A stretch of 64,000 nucleotides of DNA, taken from a virus. The translations under genes and the position numbers were made by a program. Location of the stretch: the IMG/VR virus record IMGVR_UViG_3300031548_000001, positions 31,021 through 95,020 of that record; one strand, 5' to 3'. Below are positions 1 to 10,264 of this stretch, in pieces; position 1 is the stretch's first letter; every line of letters starts with the position of its first letter. The notes below the pieces were generated by a model. It made no database searches. It saw only the letters and a list, made by a program, of their open reading frames with translations, and was not told the origin of the DNA.

Positions 1-1401
1 GCGCTGGAAAATGGATGAATCAGCCCGCTTCAGATGCAGGTTCATCCCAACCGTAAGGGGATTGGTGCGCGTGGACAGAACGCAGAGCCGCGGTATCGAT
101 TCATCGAAGAGTGCGCGTGGTGGCTGGAAAAACTGGTAAACGCCCAAGGACTCCGGAGCAGCGAGGTCCGTGGAAGGTTCAGTCGCGGCGCCAGGCACGG
201 TCGAGACAACTGCCAGGGCTTTGTCGGCCTCGAACTCTATTGTCACGCGCTCGGAAGGCGGAGCATCCGTTGACCGTCCAATTACACGGGCGATGATGTT
301 TATCCCGAGTAGGTCATGGACGAATTTGAACACGGTCCCAACCGGGAGGCCCTCGGCGCGTGTTCCGCGCAACACAAGCTTTCCGGATAAATTTGGCTCT
401 CCGACTACGCGCAACAACTCCGCGGCAAGGCGCGTTGCCTGATCGATGCGCGTGACGTGCAGACGATTCATCGTCACTTGCCGTGGCTCGCCGACGACGT
501 TTCGGTTGTATGGGCTCTTTACGGTTACGCCTGAGTCCTTATATTGGTTGGCTGCGTCCTGAAACTTAACCGCCACCTCGTTGTAGGTTTCAGCCCATCC
601 CTTTGAATCGAGCGAAGGCTCCTCGATGAGGTCGTCAGCCGTGATGGTATTTGTGCTGTCGAACTCGGGTGGTGATTCACCACGCAGGAACCTTCCGGCC
701 GCGATCTTACCTGGGTTGGTCCAGCGAAACCACCCGTCGTAGTATTCACGCAATTCGTCGATCAGAGAACGGGCCGATTGCGGACGCTCAATGGCAGGCG
801 AGATGTATGTCTCTGCCCGGCGGATGTAGAGCTCATCTGCGCAGGCCTGCCACGTAGCCGAATCCAATCGACTGGTGTCCATGCCGAGACCGAAGACTGG
901 GTCTGTCAGTGCTTCGGCGAGCAGGGCCAACGGGTTTGCATGGCCATCTTCATCGAGGTTGGCGGCAGATCCCGTGATAATACTCTGCACCGGCTTGCGG
1001 CCTAAGATCACCTCGATGCTCGGCGCTGACACCTTTTCTCGACCAAACAGGAACCCCTTCAGGACCAAAACCGCTTGCCGGCGATAAGGCGGGTGCCCCT
1101 GTGGACCAAGAACGTCCTCCACGCCGCTCGAACCGCCGACAAGCGGTGTTCCTGCGACATCCGTGGCGAGTGTTTGATTGCTTGTCCCCCAATAGAAGAA
1201 TGCAACCCCGTATCCTTCCACCGTGATGGCTACAGGGTTTGGCTGGCCGGCACGAGTCAGTGGACCGGTCCAGGCAGTCTTACCATCAATGACGATCGCG
1301 TGGATGACATCCACAGGACCGTTGCAAACCACTCCGGCGATGTCTCCGTAGTAGTCGTTCGTCTTGCTCCCACCGCCGCCGCCTTTTGCTGATCCGCCCA
1401 T
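1..1401 (-). CDS. Tail tip / host-specificity (GTA baseplate-like) protein, 3' end runs off the window
   Basis: Open minus frame from ATG at 1401 (MGGSAKGGGGGSKTNDYYGDIAGVVCNGPVDVIHAI...HPPYRRQA...ANPLALLAEALTDPVFGLG) with no stop before base 1; follows NlpC/P60 and BR0599-like genes; absent from the ORF track because it has no stop. Confidence 0.8.
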   Translation of the reverse strand, partial: MGGSAKGGGGGSKTNDYYGDIAGVVCNGPVDVIHAIVIDGKTAWTGPLTRAGQPNPVAITVEGYGVAFFYWGTSNQTLATDVAGTPLVGGSSGVEDVLGPQGHPPYRRQAVLVLKGFLFGREKVSAPSIEVILGRKPVQSIITGSAANLDEDGHANPLALLAEALTDPVFGLGMDTSRLDSATWQACADELYIRRAETYISPAIERPQSARSLIDELREYYDGWFRWTNPGKIAAGRFLRGESPPEFDSTNTITADDLIEEPSLDSKGWAETYNEVAVKFQDAANQYKDSGVTVKSPYNRNVVGEPRQVTMNRLHVTRIDQATRLAAELLRVVGEPNLSGKLVLRGTRAEGLPVGTVFKFVHDLLGINIIARVIGRSTDAPPSERVTIEFEADKALAVVSTVPGAATEPSTDLAAPESLGVYQFFQPPRALFDESIPRLCVLSTRTNPLTVGMNLHLKRADSSIFQR

Positions 1402-1403
1402 GG

Positions 1404-1592
1404 TTACTTTTTACCCGGGCGAGATACCGGAGCCGGGCGCGTGAATTGGTTAATCGCTGGCATGATCCACCGCAGCGCCACCTTGTTCGTTCCGGCAAGA
1501 TACGGGATCACGGTAGCCTGCTGATTGGTAGCAAGCTCATCAGCTCCGATGTTCGCGGTTACCGGAGCAGGTGATATGGTGTTTTTTGCCAT
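1404..1592 (-). CDS. Small tail assembly protein
   Basis: 62-aa ORF packed between the NlpC/P60 and tail tip genes. Confidence 0.6.
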   Translation of the reverse strand: MAKNTISPAPVTANIGADELATNQQATVIPYLAGTNKVALRWIMPAINQFTRPAPVSRPGKK

Positions 1593-1595
1593 GGG

Positions 1596-2042
1596 TTATT
1601 TTTGGAGTGGCCGCCAGGTGGCGACGTGGCGCTTTTTCCAAGTTGGATCTTCGTAGGGGTTGATCATCACACCTACACCAGAGACGGCGTGGACGATCTG
1701 GAAATTGGGAAGGAGTATCGCGAGGTGATGGATTATCTTACCGATTCTGAAACCGAGGAGGTTGCCAACTTTCGGTGGCGCCGTCATGCGAGCGAAATTC
1801 GCGTTCGCGTCCAGTAATGGCTCAATAATTGATTGAGAGCTGAAGCGAGCGTGGCCGGGTGCACCGAACGGCACGTCAGGGATGACGAAGCCACATTCCT
1901 TGTAGATCTCGGTCACGAGGAAGTGGCAGGACACACCACCGCGAGGGCCGCGCTCATTGCTGTTCGCATGGAATGGCGTGCCCACCCACGATTTTGCCAC
2001 GCGCACAAGTTCCACCTCATTGAACTGGAAATCAGTGCTCAC
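1596..2042 (-). CDS. NlpC/P60-family tail tip peptidase
   Basis: W-x-GTPF, GVSC (catalytic Cys), HHLAI and HA motifs; tail-tip gene order. Confidence 0.85.
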   Translation of the reverse strand: MSTDFQFNEVELVRVAKSWVGTPFHANSNERGPRGGVSCHFLVTEIYKECGFVIPDVPFGAPGHARFSSQSIIEPLLDANANFARMTAPPKVGNLLGFRIGKIIHHLAILLPNFQIVHAVSGVGVMINPYEDPTWKKRHVATWRPLQK

Positions 2043-3127
2043 TTCTTACCTCCTCCAGCGTCGTTGCTGAGCTTAATGAGCGAGGGGTTTCCGGTCGGCA
2101 CGAACGGATGCGCTCCGAAGTTCAGATAGTTATTAAAGCGCTCGATACAGGTGGCCCGCTTGCCGTCACAACCCGGGTAGATTCTGACCGTGACACCCTC
2201 TGTGAACAATGGAGACGGATCTCGGCTCAACGTGACTTGAAGACTCGAAAGACTCACCGCCGTTGAGGCCAGAATCGCTATACGCTGAAGGCTCGAACCA
2301 GTTCCTGACTCGAGCCAGCCTCCCGCAAATGCATCCGCCGCGGTCAAGACGTCGCCGCCAGCCCGGGCCAATGTGTTCAGCGAATAGATGAAGGGCCAGC
2401 CAGCAGGTCCCACATCGACGAGAGTTGCCGTATGCACCCATGCCGCCGGGTCCAGGCCGCAACCCACGGTGAAGATGGAGTGATTGCAGCCAGGTTGGAG
2501 ATAGAACCGGGGAAACTTACGGTCGAACGCCGTGCCGGCCGAGATCGCACGCGCCGTGATGCGCTTACCCGGAACCTTGGCGGATCCCACTTCGCCCGAC
2601 CACGCGACTACGGCAAAACCCGCCTCGCTCGTTCCGATCACTTCCGCCCGGCGCACAGTAACAAAGAGCGGAACCTCAAGACGCAGTAATGCTGAATCGA
2701 GCAGTGCGATCACGTCGAGGCCATCGGCATCAATGGTGATTTCATCACGCTCCATCGCGACTCCCTGACGAATTTCACCGTGCGTGATGCGTTTCGCCGA
2801 GTATGTGTTTCCACCGTAGGTCAGGTCTCGCTCGTAGGACGTGTATCGCTCGACGACCGTGACCGAAGGATAGACCCGTGAAAACTCATAGAGCCATGCT
2901 CGATCAGCCAGCTTTCCGATTGTGGTGCCGACTGTCTCACCCTCAGGAACCTCCAATTCCGGCGGAAGCTCGCGGGCCTTGAAGCTTGCCGCGGCCAAGC
3001 CCGGACTGGTCCAAGAGATCTCGATCTCCGGTGTGTCGAATCGAGCGAGAAGGAGGGGGGCCAGCACGACTCTGCCGGCTGGCACGTCAGACGTCGGCGA
3101 AAAAGGAAGATAGGCCGGTGAAGACAT
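2039..3127 (-). CDS. Baseplate hub protein (DUF2163/BR0599-like)
   Basis: CNHSIFTVGC and GCDGKRATC..FNNYLNFGAHPFVP Cys motifs typical of BR0599/gpL-like proteins. Confidence 0.85.
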   Translation of the reverse strand: MSSPAYLPFSPTSDVPAGRVVLAPLLLARFDTPEIEISWTSPGLAAASFKARELPPELEVPEGETVGTTIGKLADRAWLYEFSRVYPSVTVVERYTSYERDLTYGGNTYSAKRITHGEIRQGVAMERDEITIDADGLDVIALLDSALLRLEVPLFVTVRRAEVIGTSEAGFAVVAWSGEVGSAKVPGKRITARAISAGTAFDRKFPRFYLQPGCNHSIFTVGCGLDPAAWVHTATLVDVGPAGWPFIYSLNTLARAGGDVLTAADAFAGGWLESGTGSSLQRIAILASTAVSLSSLQVTLSRDPSPLFTEGVTVRIYPGCDGKRATCIERFNNYLNFGAHPFVPTGNPSLIKLSNDAGGGKK

Positions 3128-3130
3128 GGT

Positions 3131-4186
3131 TTAGTCTGGGGAAGTGATGGAGACGCTTTCGTAGGGTGAACCGCCTTCAACCACCGTGACGTTGTCACCG
3201 AGTGTGAGGGTCGCCGACGTGCTGGTTTGACTCACAAGCTCGGCAATATTGACGAAGCCGGATACGAGCCTGCTGCCATTGAGAATGGCGAGGAATTCGC
3301 CGACGGTGAGCACCTCAGAGCCAGCCAAGGCCACTGCCATCTGATCCCCCGTTATATCGGACGGCAGCGTTACCATCTTCTCATTGCCAGCCACCCAGAA
3401 CGAAGCCCCGCCGCCATGCTCTTTGAAAAACGCCATCAGCTTTGATGCGCTCCAGCCCTCGGCAGTCTCTGCCCAAACGGTTTGGTTGATGGTGCGTGCA
3501 ACCTCGTTTTCGCGATCGATGACCGAGGCCTCACGACCAAAGCCAATCTCTTCGCGAGCCACGCGGACGGTCAGGCTCGTGCGCGGAGCATCCCAATCCG
3601 TGGGGAAGGGGAAGATCTTCGGCGCAGTTTCGTATCCAGATGGGGTAGGGCCATCGGGTGCGGTGTAGTCCGCCGGCGTGATAGCCCAGTCGGCTTTCGA
3701 GTTCTCAATCAGAAGAAAGTCGAAGTTCACCAGATCCGCGGTCACGTGCTGGGCCTCACGGTTTTCCAAGTAGCCCACAACGAGAGGAACGGTGATTGCA
3801 TCCGCTGCCGGCCACTCCGGCTCTATATCCTCAAAGATCTCGGATTCGGAACCGTCGGCCGCATAGACGTAATTGAGCCCGCCGGTGAACTCAGCGGACG
3901 CACGCTCTGACCACGCCTTTGCTGCTGGCCAGAATGGGACAGCCACGGGTTCATTCTTATGAGAGCGAAGCGCAGAAAGAAGCTGCCTGGCGTCCGCGCC
4001 TTGTGCCTGCACGCGCCCACTGATGCGCAGGCGAAGCGTGGAACCAAACTGTCGGCGTGCCTCACGGTCCGTGAGACCGCTCTCGACGTTGCCGATGAGT
4101 CGGGCACGAGCCCTGAACGGCACGGACCAGTCAATGGTGTCATCCAGCAAGTAGTATGGCAGTGAGTCGTATGTTATCGAACGCAT
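3131..4186 (-). CDS. Distal tail-like protein
   Basis: Directly after the tape measure gene; SGLTDREARR and GGGASFWV motifs resemble Dit-like proteins. Confidence 0.6.
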   Translation of the reverse strand: MRSITYDSLPYYLLDDTIDWSVPFRARARLIGNVESGLTDREARRQFGSTLRLRISGRVQAQGADARQLLSALRSHKNEPVAVPFWPAAKAWSERASAEFTGGLNYVYAADGSESEIFEDIEPEWPAADAITVPLVVGYLENREAQHVTADLVNFDFLLIENSKADWAITPADYTAPDGPTPSGYETAPKIFPFPTDWDAPRTSLTVRVAREEIGFGREASVIDRENEVARTINQTVWAETAEGWSASKLMAFFKEHGGGASFWVAGNEKMVTLPSDITGDQMAVALAGSEVLTVGEFLAILNGSRLVSGFVNIAELVSQTSTSATLTLGDNVTVVEGGSPYESVSITSPD

Positions 4187-4193
4187 GGTGCTA

Positions 4194-7100
4194 TCAGCCC
4201 AGACCGGTGATTTTGTGGATATTACGCTGCATCATGTTCACCAAATGGGTTTCGCCTTCTTGGCTATTTGCCCATTGCTGCGGGGTCATACCGGACGGAA
4301 TCATCCCGATAGTAATCTTGGCGCCGTCCACATGCACCGGGGACGCAGATGCTGCCGAAGTAACCGGCGACATGGACGCCGCGTTTTTCATCACCGGGAA
4401 CCCGCCGTTGCCAACTCGTAGGTTTTCGACGGCTTGCACGCCGCCCAAACGCCGCACATCGGCCTGAGAGAAAACCACCTCACCACGGTGAACCACGCCG
4501 GCGGGTTCATTCACGCCACCGGCCCCCGTGTAGCCGCCTTCGCTGAAACCACCTGAGAGTGATGCAATCAAAGCGAGGGCTGCGATACCGCCCGCGAGGG
4601 CAAGGCCCCACGAGCTGATGCCACTGGCCACAGCACCTGCAGTTTTAACAGGCAGTGCAGAAGCCTCGTTGGCGATGACATTGGCCGTCTCTTCTTTGTG
4701 CCAAGCAATACTTGCGAGGCCCATGGCAGCACGCTTCACGATCCACGTGGCGAACATGTCGGAGATGGCTCCTATGACGCTGTTGAGGATCGTGCTCCCG
4801 ATGTTTTGCAGCGCATCGCCCCATGTCATCGTCCCGTTGATCAGACCTTGGATGCTGGAGCTGAGTCCTTGGAACACTCCCTGAAATGAGGTTTCAACGC
4901 CGCGTGCGACGATGTCGGCCTCGGTGCCGAACCGATCAATGGTGTTGATTACGCCTGCCTGGACACCGTCACCAGCACCCAACGGCGTCGACTTTGTGAT
5001 TGTTAGGCTATTGGCGCTTCGTTCTGCGCGAAGGCGGTCGATATTGGCCTGACGTGCCGGATCTGGGCTTAGTTTTTCCGCCTCTTCCAGCAGTCGGATT
5101 CGTTTTGAGATCTCCTCATTTTGAGCCTTGAGAAGGGCAACGAGCAGACGGTTCTTCTCCTCACTCGTGAGAAGCCGGTCAGCGTTCACGAGAGCGATCT
5201 GCTCTTGGCTGGCAGCTATTTTCCGTGAAAGCGCCTGCTCTTCTTCGGCGGCAGCATTCTTTTTCCGCGTGTTGATCAGTTCAACCTCGTCCTGAATCTG
5301 ACGCTCGATGGCGGCCTCGTTTTCCTTATTCGCAGCCAGCTCTGCCTTTTTGATGTCAGCAATCTGGTTCTCCAACTCCATCTTCTGAATCGTGAGCTCG
5401 CGCTCGCGTTGAGAAAAAGCGATGAAGGCATCACGGATCTCTTGGGGCGTGGAAGCGCCCGCGGTATTAAACGGCTGGGCGATTTGGGAGTTAACACCAT
5501 TCAGCTTCCCCTGCAGGTAATCTAATTTGGCCTTAGAAGTAGGCAGGTTCTCTACGTAGAGTTTCTGGAACTTATTTTCGTTCGCCGACGTCGCTGCTTC
5601 CTTCGTTGCGAGTGCGACACGGCGAGCGATCTCAGACTTTTGCTTTTCGAGTTCCGCAGTCTGCTTCTTGAGCGTATCGAGGCGATCATCCTCGAGGAGG
5701 TTGTTCGCGACAATGGCAGCGCCACGGTCATCGATCAGCTTGATGATGGAGTTGAGCCGGTCGATCTGCTGCTTGGCGATACGTCCCTCTTCGGTGTCCG
5801 TCGTCGGGTTTCCACGGCGGTCACGATTCTTCGGGATTGCCGCATAGGCCTTCTCGGCCGCAGCAAGCTGAACCAGCGCCGCGCTACGGGCACGGGCAGC
5901 CTCCTCAGAGCTCCTCATTTCACCGGCCTGTTTAATCAAGCTCGCGTTGATCCGGCCGTTCGTGCCTTCCAACTCGAGCTGAGCATCACGCATCTCGCCG
6001 TAGGCTTCGATCGCTCCGGTGATACGCTGTCCGATGATAACCGTCGCCGCTGCCATGGCGCCCACCGTGGCTGTGAAGGCCGATGCCGCCACCACTGCCG
6101 CCGGCACAGTCGCCGCGAAGACTGCCAGGCCAGCAACAGAACCAGCGAGACCGGCGATGAACACGCCAAACGCCACGGCCTCGAGTGCCTTGCCCATGTC
6201 GCGAACGGCCTGCGGATTGTCGCGGGCGAAATCCGACATGTCTCGGATCAGTTCGGTGAGGCCCTTGATCGTGTCGGAGAACTCGTCCGCAAAACCCGCA
6301 TCGTTAATCGTGTTCTTCAGGTCGAACAGCGATTTATCGAGACGGTTCAATTCTGCCTGAAGCGTCTGTGCGGCTTGTGGAACAAGACCACCAAACTGCT
6401 TTTGCAGTTCGGCGCCCAGCTTAGGCAGCAGGTCACGAGAGAGGACTTGACCCTGCTCAAGCATCTTGCCGAGTTGCTGGGTGCTGACACCCATAGCCCT
6501 TGCCGAGAGCTCAAACGCACCGGGAAGACGCTCACCCAACTGACCGCGCAACTCTTCGGCCGCTACCGTGCCCTTCGATAGCATCTGGGAAAGTGCGCGA
6601 AACACACCTTCCATTTCGTCCGCCTTGAGACTCATCACCGCTCCGGCCTCGCTGAACTGGGTGAAGATCTCGCGAGTTTGATCAGCCGCCAAGCCAGACA
6701 CGCTCGCAGCGATCGAGAAAGAGGTGAAAGGCTTGAGAACGCCGTTCATGCTCAAGCCGAGGCGATCCGCCTCACCAGCCACGTAGCCGTAGGAATCGCC
6801 GGCAGCCTGGGCGGAACCCTGTGACGCAAGCAGGCCCATCTTTACGCGCTGCATCTCCAGTTCGGCATCAACCAGCGCTTGCCCCATGCGCACGGCGGCG
6901 AGCGTAACCGCCGATGACATGACTGCCTGCAGTCCAGTGAAGGCCAGTGCAGCCGAGTTGGCTGAAGACGCCTGATCCTTCTGGGCGTTCGTGTTCGTCT
7001 TGGCCGTGGTCGCCGCCTGTTGCTGAGCATCGGACAACTTAACGAGGCCAGTCGTCGCCGATGCCAGGTGTCCACGGAGTCGCTCCACCTCTGCCGACAG

Positions 7101-7481
7101 TCGCCGCTGTTCCGCCTGCAATCCGGCAATAGAGTTCTTCGATCCCTCGAACTGAAGCGCCATCTTGGCGTTTTCAGCAGCGAGCTTTGCCTGAGTTTGC
7201 GTCAGCGTCGCATTCTCCGCAGAAAGCTTCGTGACCGCAGCGGAGGCCGCAGTGGTCATCGTGCGTAGCTTGCTCAACTCCGCATTGAGCAACTGGAGGT
7301 CCTTCGAGTGCCCCTCCGTAGCCGCACGCAACGCAGCACCAAGTGCATCAGCCTCATTGGCTGACTTCTTCGCCGATTCTCCCATCAGCTTGAACTGAGA
7401 GAGGACGTTTTTCAGGACCTCGAGGTCGGCCTGAATACTCAGCAGCAGTTGAATCTTCTCTTGGTCCACGGTGACATGCAT
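4194..7481 (-). CDS. Tail tape measure protein
   Basis: 1095 aa, Ala-rich coiled coil, ALSQMLSKGTVAAEELRGQLGERLPGA tape-measure motif, C-terminal GGYTGAGG...AGVVHRGEVV; true start may be the GTG a few codons downstream. Confidence 0.92.
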   Translation of the reverse strand: MHVTVDQEKIQLLLSIQADLEVLKNVLSQFKLMGESAKKSANEADALGAALRAATEGHSKDLQLLNAELSKLRTMTTAASAAVTKLSAENATLTQTQAKLAAENAKMALQFEGSKNSIAGLQAEQRRLSAEVERLRGHLASATTGLVKLSDAQQQAATTAKTNTNAQKDQASSANSAALAFTGLQAVMSSAVTLAAVRMGQALVDAELEMQRVKMGLLASQGSAQAAGDSYGYVAGEADRLGLSMNGVLKPFTSFSIAASVSGLAADQTREIFTQFSEAGAVMSLKADEMEGVFRALSQMLSKGTVAAEELRGQLGERLPGAFELSARAMGVSTQQLGKMLEQGQVLSRDLLPKLGAELQKQFGGLVPQAAQTLQAELNRLDKSLFDLKNTINDAGFADEFSDTIKGLTELIRDMSDFARDNPQAVRDMGKALEAVAFGVFIAGLAGSVAGLAVFAATVPAAVVAASAFTATVGAMAAATVIIGQRITGAIEAYGEMRDAQLELEGTNGRINASLIKQAGEMRSSEEAARARSAALVQLAAAEKAYAAIPKNRDRRGNPTTDTEEGRIAKQQIDRLNSIIKLIDDRGAAIVANNLLEDDRLDTLKKQTAELEKQKSEIARRVALATKEAATSANENKFQKLYVENLPTSKAKLDYLQGKLNGVNSQIAQPFNTAGASTPQEIRDAFIAFSQRERELTIQKMELENQIADIKKAELAANKENEAAIERQIQDEVELINTRKKNAAAEEEQALSRKIAASQEQIALVNADRLLTSEEKNRLLVALLKAQNEEISKRIRLLEEAEKLSPDPARQANIDRLRAERSANSLTITKSTPLGAGDGVQAGVINTIDRFGTEADIVARGVETSFQGVFQGLSSSIQGLINGTMTWGDALQNIGSTILNSVIGAISDMFATWIVKRAAMGLASIAWHKEETANVIANEASALPVKTAGAVASGISSWGLALAGGIAALALIASLSGGFSEGGYTGAGGVNEPAGVVHRGEVVFSQADVRRLGGVQAVENLRVGNGGFPVMKNAASMSPVTSAASASPVHVDGAKITIGMIPSGMTPQQWANSQEGETHLVNMMQRNIHKITGLG

Positions 7482-7503
7482 GGCCCCTTGCGGGGCCGGT
7501 CAA
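7475..7503 (-). promoter_or_regulatory. Late-type promoter TTGACC-N17-TGCATG
   Basis: Same architecture at 9039-9067, 15938-15966, 21172-21200 and on + at 28140-28168. Confidence 0.55.
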
Positions 7504-7519
7504 ATTTTAGGCCGAAAAA

Positions 7520-7927
7520 TCAACCCGTCTTTGCGGGTCCCTTCTTGAATCGAGATTTTATCTCTCGGCTCTTTGGCTGCTTTTTCATCAGGCCACTGAT
7601 CGCGCTGAGCGCCTTGCTCGGTGATACGATCAGCGATAGCGCACGGAAGCAGCGGTTGTATGCGTCCTGGCCTTCCTTGCCGACCATGAGAGGAGCAACA
7701 GCGGAGTGCGTGCAATCGAGGTTCTGCAGCGCGAGAGCAGCATCCCGCCGGTTGCACGCATTGATGCCCAGCTGAATGACCGGAAGTGGCAACTCCACCA
7801 CCTCCAGCCAAGTGCCGAGGCCGCGGGCTACTGCGTCTGCGACGAGATCGCTGAAGCGATAGCTTTGCGAACGTTCGTCGTGATCTCCGCCACTCGGTTG
7901 AGCAGTTCCCGCTGACGTGCCAAAAAA
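7520..7927 (-). CDS. Tail assembly chaperone, frameshifted gpT-like extension
   Basis: The -1 frame is open from slippery T TTT TTG (7927-7921) into ORF 7520..7801. Confidence 0.75.
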   Translation of the reverse strand, partial: FFGTSAGTAQPSGGDHDERSQSYRFSDLVADAVARGLGTWLEVVELPLPVIQLGINACNRRDAALALQNLDCTHSAVAPLMVGKEGQDAYNRCFRALSLIVSPSKALSAISGLMKKQPKSREIKSRFKKGPAKTG

Positions 7928-8214
7928 GGTTCTAACCTCGGCTCGTTAAAAAGTCTTCCGAGGCGATCGATTTCGTAGCAGGCGTCATCCGACAGCGTAT
8001 CCACGAACGCGGCATCTTTGCCGGTCACGAATTGAATGAAGTCCGGCAGCGACGACACGACGTCGAGATACTTGCTGAGCTCACGAATAGGAACCAAACG
8101 GACTTTGACCTCAATGTCTTCGCCCTTGTGGTTCTTCACCGTTATGGTTTGGCCGAGGTTCATAAGAACGTCGGCAGGGATTGTGGCCTTATCGGCCTGT
8201 GCTTCGGGTTTCAT
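7828..8214 (-). CDS. Tail assembly chaperone (gpG-like)
   Basis: Between the tail tube and tape measure genes; contains a slippery heptamer. Confidence 0.8.
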   Translation of the reverse strand: MKPEAQADKATIPADVLMNLGQTITVKNHKGEDIEVKVRLVPIRELSKYLDVVSSLPDFIQFVTGKDAAFVDTLSDDACYEIDRLGRLFNEPRLEPFLARQRELLNRVAEITTNVRKAIASAISSQTQ

Positions 8215-8246
8215 TTCGGGTTCGGAATCGGGTTTGTTTCGGGTTC

Positions 8247-8276
8247 AAAAAAGCCCCGCCCATTTACAGGCGGGGC
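8247..8276 (-). terminator. Intrinsic terminator after the tail tube gene
   Basis: GCCCCGCC/GGCGGGGC hairpin + U6. Confidence 0.8.
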
Positions 8277-8297
8277 GAAAGAGTCGCAGTCCAAGAC

Positions 8298-8996
8298 TTA
8301 AGCCGTCGAGGCGTCGTGCTCGACGGTCACTTCCTCGTGAGCCTCGAACACAATGGTTGCCTTGGCGACTTCACTGTTCTTGAAGCCGATGCCACCATCG
8401 AGCTTGGCCGTGCAGGTGAAGAGGTTCGTGAGGATGGCGACCGTGTTGGCGGCATCATCCGGATCGGTGATGTAGAGCTGCACGCGGCCCTTCTTGAGAC
8501 CGGACAAACGGCCCGGGAAGATGTTATCGAGCCACTTCACTTCCTCGATTTCGAACTTGAAGGACTCGTCCTGGCCGACGAGCACCTCGCGGTCGGTGCG
8601 CATGACGCCATTCGCGTCGGGCACCTTGCGCTTCACCGTCTCCATCGCCTGTTCGTAGTTCACGGTCTTTCCGACGAAATCAGCAACAGGTGTGATGGTG
8701 GCAGTGCCATCAGCAGTGAAGAGGAGTGCGGTGCCACCGCTGGTCGCGGCGACTTGGAACGTGCCGGAAGCTGCACCGACGACGAACTTGAAGCCACTGG
8801 TGAGGCCGGTAAGGCCAGTGAGCACGGTAACCAAAAGCACTTGGCCATTGATAAAACCGTGGTCATTCTTGGTGAACAAATCGGTGGCGGCGGTGCCGGG
8901 GACTGCAACGAGCGCGGCGGCGTCGCCGATGAATCGTGCGTAGGACTTCTGGGCGACTACGGTCATAGTCGGATCAAAGGTGACGTCAGGTAGCAT
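8298..8996 (-). CDS. Major tail (tube) protein
   Basis: Position, 232 aa beta-rich, own promoter and downstream terminator. Confidence 0.7.
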   Translation of the reverse strand: MLPDVTFDPTMTVVAQKSYARFIGDAAALVAVPGTAATDLFTKNDHGFINGQVLLVTVLTGLTGLTSGFKFVVGAASGTFQVAATSGGTALLFTADGTATITPVADFVGKTVNYEQAMETVKRKVPDANGVMRTDREVLVGQDESFKFEIEEVKWLDNIFPGRLSGLKKGRVQLYITDPDDAANTVAILTNLFTCTAKLDGGIGFKNSEVAKATIVFEAHEEVTVEHDASTA

Positions 8997-9038
8997 GGTC
9001 GTATTGGGTTCGGGTTCGGGTCTCTATCGGTTGCGGAC

Positions 9039-9067
9039 CATGCACGCCGCCGTTTCCTGCTCGTCAA
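9039..9067 (-). promoter_or_regulatory. Late-type promoter TTGACG-N17-TGCATG
   Basis: Directly after a terminator, before the tail tube gene. Confidence 0.55.
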
Positions 9068-9077
9068 TTTTTTCGAC

Positions 9078-9113
9078 AAAAAAACTGGCAGGCTCCTTTA
9101 GGAACACTGCCAG
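9078..9113 (-). terminator. Intrinsic terminator after the lipoprotein gene
   Basis: CTGGCAG/CTGCCAG + U7. Confidence 0.7.
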
Positions 9114-9128
9114 CACCTGAAAAACCGC

Positions 9129-9542
9129 TCACTGAATATCCGTCCAGATACCCTCACGCGTGCTGTAAGCGATCATCTTGTTATCCCGAAAAAGGAACTT
9201 GTAGGGCGTGAATCCGACGTAGCCACCATAACTGTTTTTCGCGTTCACATTCACCGGAACGAACCAGCCTACCTTGTCGATACCACCACCGGCCAAAGGC
9301 GGCTTTGAGATGAAGCCACTGTAGGGCTTGTGGAAATCATATTGAGCAGAGTCAGGGTCCTTGAGTGTGTATTTCATGAAGCCGCGAATCGCTGGCTCAT
9401 ACGTCTCTTTGGCCGGTTCAACGCCGTATCCAATGGCGGCAGCCTGCTGCAACGCCTGGGCTTTGGGCACTTGGCAGCCAGTCAGCAGGCCAGCAGCAAC
9501 AACGACAGCGGACAAAAAAAAGGCTCGAAATAGATTTTTCAT
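9129..9542 (-). CDS. Lipoprotein moron (possible superinfection exclusion)
   Basis: Lipobox LLTGC; LKDPDSA...VNAKNSYGGYVG motif seen in phage lipoproteins. Confidence 0.7.
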   Translation of the reverse strand: MKNLFRAFFLSAVVVAAGLLTGCQVPKAQALQQAAAIGYGVEPAKETYEPAIRGFMKYTLKDPDSAQYDFHKPYSGFISKPPLAGGGIDKVGWFVPVNVNAKNSYGGYVGFTPYKFLFRDNKMIAYSTREGIWTDIQ

Positions 9543-9614
9543 CTACGTCGAGCCTTGAACTGGTTTCCTGCAATTGGCCAGCAGGAAGGGATCGGGCGAT
9601 TCCCAGACGTAGTA

Positions 9615-10220
9615 TCAGTGAACTTGAATTTCGCGCAGACCACCGGGCAAACCGAGTTTCCGGCGCGACTTCAACGCGAGCATCGCCCATTGCGTTGCCC
9701 ATTCAAGGTCACGCTCGGTGATGTCCACCCCTTCGAGGTAAGCCGACTCCCAGGCACCATAGCCGACGCTGTCGAAGTATAACGAAATCCGACCCAGTGG
9801 GCATCCTTGCCCGATGCTTACCGTGTGCGTGTGTTCGTCCTTGTCCTTAGGCGAGTGCCAGAGGTTGATCTCTCCGATCCAGCCGCCGCCGCCCCACGAA
9901 CCGTCACGCCGCCATTGCACGTAGGCGCAGGGGTATTTCGTGCCGTTACCGAAGTAGTGACGGATGGTAAGCCCGGCCGGCACGGTCTTGAGCGCCTTGT
10001 CGATCCACGAGGGCTGGAAGCGGAGGCGGCACCACTGGTAGTTCAGATACCAGGCGAGAGCCACGAGGTAGTGGAGAGGCCAAAGCACCAATACGTTTTC
10101 GTTGCGGCTGGCGTCGTAGTAGGCGCGAGCGTGATACCAGCGAGGCTTTAGTTCTATACAGAGGCGGGTGAGGAAGATCGCTTTGATGCGGTCGAGTCGT
10201 GTGGGTGGATTCGTTTTCAT
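9615..10220 (-). CDS. Hypothetical protein
   Basis: Start reassigned to ATG 10220 (MKTNPP), directly after a CCCGAA leader. Confidence 0.6.
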   Translation of the reverse strand: MKTNPPTRLDRIKAIFLTRLCIELKPRWYHARAYYDASRNENVLVLWPLHYLVALAWYLNYQWCRLRFQPSWIDKALKTVPAGLTIRHYFGNGTKYPCAYVQWRRDGSWGGGGWIGEINLWHSPKDKDEHTHTVSIGQGCPLGRISLYFDSVGYGAWESAYLEGVDITERDLEWATQWAMLALKSRRKLGLPGGLREIQVH

Positions 10221-10264
10221 ATCGTTTCGGGTTCGGGTTTCGTGATCCAGATTGACCACTAAAT

